From Tubiluchus corallicola (lineage: Eukaryota > Animalia > Priapulida), in the NCBI GenBank assembly GCA_030141605.1, contig JAQGDQ010002203.1:1-9253 (forward strand): 9,253 nucleotides of DNA, given 5' to 3'. Shown here in pieces: positions 1-6,907 of this stretch (position 1 is its first letter; every line of letters starts with the position of its first letter). The translations under genes and the position numbers were made by a program. Under the pieces are notes generated by a model. That model was not told the DNA's origin, ran no database searches, and was given only the letters and a program-made list of their open reading frames with translations.

Positions 1-452
1 CTTTAGAACCAGACGCTCAAGTTTGGCTATGCATGTCTTGTGACAAGCTAATTGAGGCTATCTGTTAAGACGCTTAGAATTGCCGGTAGAAGTCTTTTGC
101 CGGTATACTTGAAATTAGCAGTATATGTTTTCTGTCCAGATGTTTGAGATTGCTTTAGATGAGTTCTGAACCAGATGCTGCAATTTGATTGTAGATCGTG
201 ACAGATTAATGGGATTGGATATGGATATCTTGAGACTTGAAGTCTCAGCAGATGTTTTAGATTGCTTGTAGGTATCGTACCAAACGGCTGAATTCGCCTG
301 TTTCTATGCCATCGTACCAAACGATGAGATTCCTGCAGATTTCTGCTGATCAAGTACATGAGAGTGAGAATAGAGCTGCTATTACCAGATGCTTACGTTT
401 GGTCATATATGTCCTCTGAGAAGCTGATTGAGGATATCTGTGTATGTCTCTG
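1..452. repeat. Copy 1 of a 452-bp duplicated block containing the divergent segment
   Basis: By eye 1-452 is identical to 1809-2260 (offset 1808). The ORF track agrees: identical 103-aa translations at 48..359 and 1856..2167. Confidence 0.93.
170..332. repeat. Divergent segment with inverted and direct repeats (also at ~1978-2140)
   Basis: Degenerate anchor ACCAGATGCTGCAATTTG at 170. Inverted repeat TGAGACTT-G-AAGTCTCA at 231-247. Direct repeat ATCGTACCAAACG at 274-286 and 311-323. Hairpin CATCGT-ACCAA-ACGATG at 310-326. GAATTC at 290-295. Confidence 0.8.
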
Positions 453-1808
453 TTAAGGCGCTTAGTATTGCCTGTAGAAGTCTTTTGATACTTGAAATTA
501 GCGGAATATGTTTTCTATCCAATGTCTCTGTTAAGACGCTTACTAATGCCTATTTTTTGTCAGATACTTGAGACTGGCAGTACATTTTTGTCGTTTTTGC
601 TTTAGATAAGTTGTGATAGATGCTTTAATTCGTTTTCCAACTCTTAGAACCAGACGCTTAAGTTTGGCTATGCTTGTCTTGGGTCAAGCTAATTGAGGCT
701 GCCTGTGTTTGTCTCCGTTAAGATGCTTGATTCCGCCTAGAGCTGTCATTACCAGATGCTCAAGTTTGGCCTCATATGTCCTCTGACAAGTTGACTGAGG
801 CTGTCTGTGTATGTCTCTGTTAAGACGCTTACTAATGCCTGTAGCACTTTTTTGTCAGATACTTGAGACTGGCAGTACATTTTTGTATCCAGATGTTTTA
901 GACTGCTTTAGATAAGTTGTGATAGATGCTTTAATTCGTTTTCCAACTCTTAGAACCAGACGCTTAAGTTTGGCTATCATGTCTTGGGTCAAGCTAATTG
1001 AGGATACCTGTGTATGTCTCTGTTAAGATGCCTTTAATGCCTGCTTTTTGTCAGATACTTGAGACTGGCAGTACATTTTTTGTATCCAGATGTTTTAGAC
1101 TGCTTCAGATGAGTTGTGATAGATGCTTTAATTCGTTTTCCTACTCTTAGAACCAGACGCTTAAGTTTGGCTATGCATGTCTTGGGTCAAGCTAATTGAG
1201 ACTGCATGTGTTTGTCTCTGTTAAGATGCTTGATTTTGCCTGTAGAGCTGTCATTACCAGATGCTCAAGTTTGGCCTCATATGTCCTCTGACAAGTTGAC
1301 TGAGGCTGTCTGTGTATGTCTCTGTTAAGACGCTTACTAATGCCTGTAGCACTCTTTTGCCTGATACTTGAGACCGGCAGTGCATTTCTGCAGATTTCTC
1401 CTGATCAGGTACATGAGAGTGAGAATAGAGCTGCTATTACCAGACGCTTACGTTTGGTCATATATGTCCTCTGAGAAGCTGATTGAGGATATCTGTGTAT
1501 GTCTCTGTTAAGATTAGCGGAATATGTTTTCGCTGACAAGGCGCTTAGTATGGCCTGCAGAATCTTTTGATACTTGAGATTTGCGGAATATGTTTTCTGT
1601 CCAGATGTTTTAGACTGCTTTAGATAAGTTGTGATAGATGTGACAAGCTAATTGAGGCTATCTGTGTGTGTGTCTCTGTTAAGATGCGTGGCATTGCCTT
1701 TAGAACTTTTCTGCCATATACTTAAAATTAGCAGTACATTTCTTCTGTTCAGATGATTGGGACTGCTCTAGATGAGTTCTGGCTAGATGTTTTAAATCGT
1801 TATCCAAG

Positions 1809-2260
1809 CTTTAGAACCAGACGCTCAAGTTTGGCTATGCATGTCTTGTGACAAGCTAATTGAGGCTATCTGTTAAGACGCTTAGAATTGCCGGTAGAAG
1901 TCTTTTGCCGGTATACTTGAAATTAGCAGTATATGTTTTCTGTCCAGATGTTTGAGATTGCTTTAGATGAGTTCTGAACCAGATGCTGCAATTTGATTGT
2001 AGATCGTGACAGATTAATGGGATTGGATATGGATATCTTGAGACTTGAAGTCTCAGCAGATGTTTTAGATTGCTTGTAGGTATCGTACCAAACGGCTGAA
2101 TTCGCCTGTTTCTATGCCATCGTACCAAACGATGAGATTCCTGCAGATTTCTGCTGATCAAGTACATGAGAGTGAGAATAGAGCTGCTATTACCAGATGC
2201 TTACGTTTGGTCATATATGTCCTCTGAGAAGCTGATTGAGGATATCTGTGTATGTCTCTG
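1809..2260. repeat. Copy 2 of the 452-bp duplicated block
   Basis: Matches 1-452. Identity ends at the GTCTCTG hinge (TTAAGGCG in copy 1, CTAATGCG in copy 2). Confidence 0.93.
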
Positions 2261-2396
2261 CTAATGCGCTTAGTATGCCTGTAGAAGTCTTCTGCCATAT
2301 AGTTGAGAATAGCAGTACATTTCTTCTGTTCAGATGATTGGGACTGCTCTAGATGAGTTCTGGCTAGATGTTTTAAATCGTTATCCAAGCTTTAGA

Positions 2397-5204
2397 ACCA
2401 GACGCTCAAGTTTGGCTATGCATGTCTTGTGACAAGCTAATTGAGGCTATCTGTGTGTGTGTCTCTGTTAAGACGCTTAGCATTGCCGGTAGAAGTCTTC
2501 TGCCATATAGTTGAGAATAGCAGTACATTTCTTCTGTTCAGATGATTAGGACTGCTCTAGATGAGTTCTGACTAGATGTTTTAAATAGTTTTCCGAGCTT
2601 TAGAACCAGACGCTCAAGTTTGGCTATGCATGTCTTGTGACAAGCTAATTGAGGCTATCTGTGTGTGTGTCTCTGTTAAGACGCTTAGCATTGCCGGTAA
2701 AAGTCTTTTGACGGGATACTTGAGATCGGCAATGCATTTGTGCAGATTTCTCCTGATCAGGTACACGAGATTGAGAATAAAACTGACATTTCCAGAAGCT
2801 TAAGTTTGGCCATATATGTCCTCTGAGAAGCTGATTGAGGATATATGTGTATGTCTCTGTTAAGGCGCTTAGTATTGCCTGTAGAAGTCTTTTGATACTT
2901 AAGATTAGCGGAATATGTTTTCTGTCCAGATGTTTTAGACTGCTTTAGATAAGTTGTGATAGATGCTTTAATTCGTTTTCCTACTCTTAGAACCAGACGC
3001 TTAAGTTTGGCTACGCATGTCTTGGGTCAAGCTAATTGAGACTGCCTTGTGTTTGTCTCTGTTAAGATGCTTGATTTTGCCTGTAGAACTGTCATTACCA
3101 GATGCTTACGTTTGGTCATATATGTCCTCTGAGAAGCTTATTGAGGATATCAGTGTATGTCTCTGTTAAGGCGCTTAGTATGGCCTGTAGAATCTTTTGA
3201 TACTTGAGATTAGCGGAATATGTTTTCTGTCCAGATGTTTTAGACTGCTTTAGATAAGTTGTGATAGATGCTCTAATTCGTTTTCTTACTCTTAGAACCA
3301 GACGCTTAAGTTTTGCTACGCATGTCTTGGGTCAAGCTAATTGAGACTGCCTTGTGTTTGTCTCTGTTAAGATGCTTGATTTTGCCTGTAGAACTGTCAT
3401 TACCAGATGCTTACGTTTGGTCATATATGTCCTCTGAAAAGCTTATTGAGGATATCAGTGTATGTCTCTGTTAAGGCGCTTAGTATTGCCTGTAGAAGTC
3501 TTTTGATACTTGAGATTAGCCGAATATGTTTTCTGTCCAGATGTTTTAGACTGCTTTAGATAAGTTGTGATAGATGCTTTAATTCGTTTTCCTACTCTTA
3601 GAACCAGACGCTTAAGTTTGGCTATGCATGTCTTGGTTCAAGCTAATTGAGACTGCCTGTGTTTGTCTGTGTTAAGACGCTTGACTTTGCCGGTAGAACT
3701 GTCATTACCAGATGCTCAAGTTTGGCCTCATATGTCCTCTGACAAGCTGACTGAGGCCGTCTGTGTATGTCTCTGTTAAGACGCTTACTAATGCCTGTAG
3801 CACTTTTTTGTCAGATACTTGAGACTGGCAGTACATTTTTTGTATCCAGATGTTTCAGACTGCTTCAGATGAGTTGTGATAGATGCTTTAATTCGTTTCC
3901 CTACTCTTAGAACCAGACGCTTAAGTTTGGCTATGCATGTCTTGGGTCAAGCTAATTGAGACTGCATGTGTTTGTCTCTGTTAAGATGCTTGATTTTGCC
4001 TGTAGAGCTGTCATTACCAGATGCTCAAGTTTGGCCTCATATGTCCTCTGACAAGTTGACTGAGGCTGTCTGTGTATGTATCTGTTAAGACGCTTACTAA
4101 TGCCTGTAGCACTCTTTTGCCTGATACTTGAGACCGGCAGTGCATTTCTGCAGATTTCTCCTGATCAGGTACATGAGAGTGAGAATAGAGCTGCTATTAC
4201 CAGACGCTTACGTTTGGTCATATATGTCCTCTGAGAAGCTGATTGAGGATATCTGTGTATGTCTCTGTTATGCTCAGCAGGCCTGTAGAAGTCTTCTGCC
4301 ATATAAGTTGAGAATAGCAGTACATTTCTTCTGTTCAGATGATTGGGACTGCTCTAGATGAGCTACTGACTAGATGTTTTAAATAGTTTTCCGAGCTTTA
4401 GAACCAGACGCTTAAGTTTGGCTATGCATGTCTTGGGTCAAGCTAATTGAGACTGCATGTGTTTGTCTCCGTTAAGATGCTTGATTTTGCCTGTAGAGCT
4501 GTCATTACCAGATGCTCAAGTTTGGCCTCATATGTCCTCTGACAAGTTGACTGAGGCTGTCTGTGTATGTCTCTGTTAAGACGCTTACTAATGCCTGTAG
4601 CACTTTTTTGTCAGATACTTGAGACTGGCAGTACATTTTTTGTATCCAGATGTTTTAGACTGCTTTAGATAAGTTGTGATAGATGCTTTAATTCGTTTTC
4701 CAACTCTTAGAACCAGACGCTTAAGTTTGGCTATGCATGTCTTGGGTCAAGCTAATTGAGACTGCATGTGTTTGTCTCTGTTAAGATGCTTGATTTTGCC
4801 TGTAGAGCTGTCATTACCAGATGCTCAAGTTTGGCCTCATACGTCCTCTGACAAGTTGACTGAGGCTGTCTGTGTATGTCTCTGTTAAGACGCTTACTAA
4901 TGCCTGTAGCACTCTTTTGCCTGACACTTGAGACCGGCAGTGCATTTCTGCAGATTTCTCCTGATCAGGTACATGAGAGTGAGAATAGAGCTGCTATTAC
5001 CAGACGCTTACGTTTGGTCATATATGTCCTCTGAGAAGCTGATTGAGGATATCTGTGTATGTCTCTGTTAAGGCGCTTAGTATTTCCTGTAGAAGTCTTC
5101 TGCCATATAGTTGAGAATAGCAGTACATTTCTTCTGTTCAGATGATTAGGACTGCTCTAGATGAGTTCTGACTAGATGTTTTAAATAGTTTTCCGAGCTT
5201 TAGA
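2397..5204. repeat. Higher-order repeat copy 1 (2808 bp, 17 monomers)
   Basis: Monomer lengths 208-186-201-105-200-105-201-104-205-104-183-204-104-205-104-183-206. Contains one diagnostic TCCAGAAGCTTAAG monomer at 2791. Confidence 0.88.
3710..3914. repeat. Example 205-bp monomer resolved into six degenerate 33-35 bp subunits
   Basis: Subunits start at 3710 (AGATGCTCAAG), 3744 (AAGCTGACTGAG, most diverged), 3779 (AGACGCTTACT), 3813 (AGATACTTGAG), 3848 (AGATGTTTCAG) and 3881 (AGATGCTTTAA); the next is 3915 (AGACGCTTAAG). Lengths are 34, 35, 34, 35, 33, 34. Confidence 0.75.
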
Positions 5205-5505
5205 ACCAGACGCTCAAGTTTGGCTATGCATGTCTTGTGACAAGCTAATTGAGGCTATCTGTGTGTGTGTCTCTGTTAAGACGCTTAGCATTGCCGGTAG
5301 AAGTCTTCTGCCATATAGTTGAGAATAGCAGTACATTTCTTCTGTTCAGATGATTAGGACTGCTCTAGATGAGTTCTGACTAGATGTTTTAAATAGTTTT
5401 CCGAGCTTTAGAACCAGACGCTCAAGTTTGGCTATGCATGTCTTGTGACAAGCTAATTGAGGCTATCTGTGTGTGTGTCTCTGTTAAGACGCTTAGCATT
5501 GCCGG
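5090..5505. repeat. Near-perfect 208-bp tandem duplication at the HOR junction (also ~6793-7208, and a more diverged version at ~2285-2697)
   Basis: The tail AGAAGTCTTCTGCCATATAG...TTCCGAGCTTTAGA plus the (TG)n-containing head occurs twice in tandem. Anchor pairs 5205/5413, 6908/7116 and 2397/2605 are each 208 bp apart. Confidence 0.85.
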
Positions 5506-6907
5506 TAAAAGTCTTTTGACGGGATACTTGAGATCGGCAATGCATTTCTGCAGATTTCTCCTGATCAGGTACACGAGATTGAGAATAAAACTGACATTTC
5601 CAGAAGCTTAAGTTTGGCCATATATGTCCTCTGAGAAGCTGATTGAGGATATATGTGTATGTCTCTGTTAAGGCGCTTAGTATTGCCTGTAGAAGTCTTT
5701 TGATACTTAAGATTAGCGGAATATGTTTTCTGTCCAGATGTTTTAGACTGCTTTAGATAAGTTGTGATAGATGCTTTAATTCGTTTTCCTACTCTTAGAA
5801 CCAGACGCTTAAGTTTGGCTACGCATGTCTTGGGTCAAGCTAATTGAGACTGCCTTGTGTTTGTCTCTGTTAAGATGCTTGATTTTGCCTGTAGAACTGT
5901 CATTACCAGATGCTTACGTTTGGTCATATATGTCCTCTGAGAAGCTTATTGAGGATATCAGTGTATGTCTCTGTTAAGGCGCTTAGTATTGCCTGTAGAA
6001 GTCTTTTGATACTTGAGATTAGCGGAATATGTTTTCTGTCCAGATGTTTTAGACTGCTTTAGATAAGTTGTGATAGATGCTTTAATTCGTTTTCCTACTC
6101 TTAGAACCAGACGCTTAAGTTTGGCTATGCATGTCTTGGGTCAAGCTAATTGAGACTGCCTGTGTTTGTCTGTGTTAAGACGCTTGACTTTGCCGGTAGA
6201 ACTGTCATTACCAGATGCTCAAGTTTGGCCTCATATGTCCTCTGACAAGCTGACTGAGGCTGTCTGTGTATGTCTCTGTTAAGACGCTTACTAATGCCTG
6301 TAGCACTTTTTTGTCAGATACTTGAGACTGGCAGTACATTTTTTGTATCCAGATGTTTTAGACTGCTTCAGATGAGTTGTGATAGATGCTTTAATTCGTT
6401 TTCCTACTCTTAGAACCAGACGCTTAAGTTTGGCTATGCATGTCTTGGGTCAAGCTAATTGAGACTGCATGTGTTTGTCTCTGTTAAGATGCTTGATTTT
6501 GCCTGTAGAGCTGTCATTACCAGATGCTCAAGTTTGGCCTCATATGTCCTCTGACAAGTTGACTGAGGCTGTCTGTGTATGTCTCTGTTAAGACGCTTAC
6601 TAATGCCTGTAGCACTCTTTTGCCTGATACTTGAGACCGGCAGTGCATTTCTGCAGATTTCTCCTGATCAGGTACATGAGAGTGAGAATAGAGCTGCTAT
6701 TACCAGACGCTTACGTTTGGTCATATATGTCCTCTGAGAAGCTGATTGAGGATATCTGTGTATGTCTCTGTTAAGGCGCTTAGTATTGCCTGTAGAAGTC
6801 TTCTGCCATATAGTTGAGAATAGCAGTACATTTCTTCTGTTCAGATGATTAGGACTGCTCTAGATGAGTTCTGACTAGATGTTTTAAATAGTTTTCCGAG
6901 CTTTAGA
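5205..6907. repeat. Higher-order repeat copy 2 (1703 bp, 10 monomers; the minimal HOR seen)
   Basis: Monomer lengths 208-186-201-105-201-104-205-104-183-206. Diagnostic monomer at 5599. Same order as copies 1 and 3 but lacks their 305-bp dimer. Confidence 0.9.

Noticed and set aside
286-298. Baculovirus hr-like EcoRI-centred palindrome
   Set aside because: The palindrome is short, imperfect and occurs only twice. Baculovirus hrs carry a ~28-30 bp palindrome in every repeat unit, and no viral genes are present.
170-332. MITE or other transposon insertion
   Set aside because: No terminal inverted repeats or target-site duplication bound the segment, and it retains similarity to the array's own subunits.
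48-359. 103-aa minus-strand ORF (identical copy at 1856..2167)
   Set aside because: It lies wholly in satellite-derived sequence and resembles no domain I recognise. The identical second copy only reflects the 452-bp DNA duplication. It is most likely a chance open frame; expression data would be needed to revive it.
2158-2388. 76-aa minus-strand ORF
   Set aside because: It is open only because of local variants around 2261-2277. The ORF track reports no equivalent frame in the homologous monomers.
2452-2462. (TG)n microsatellite in one head type
   Set aside because: Only about five units, invariant between copies, and a minor variant of the TGTGTATGT/TGTGTTTGT stretch found in the other heads.
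4128-4361. 77-aa plus-strand ORF
   Set aside because: It has a TTG start and is open only because the atypical hinge at ~4270 removes the usual TAA. It is not conserved in sister copies.
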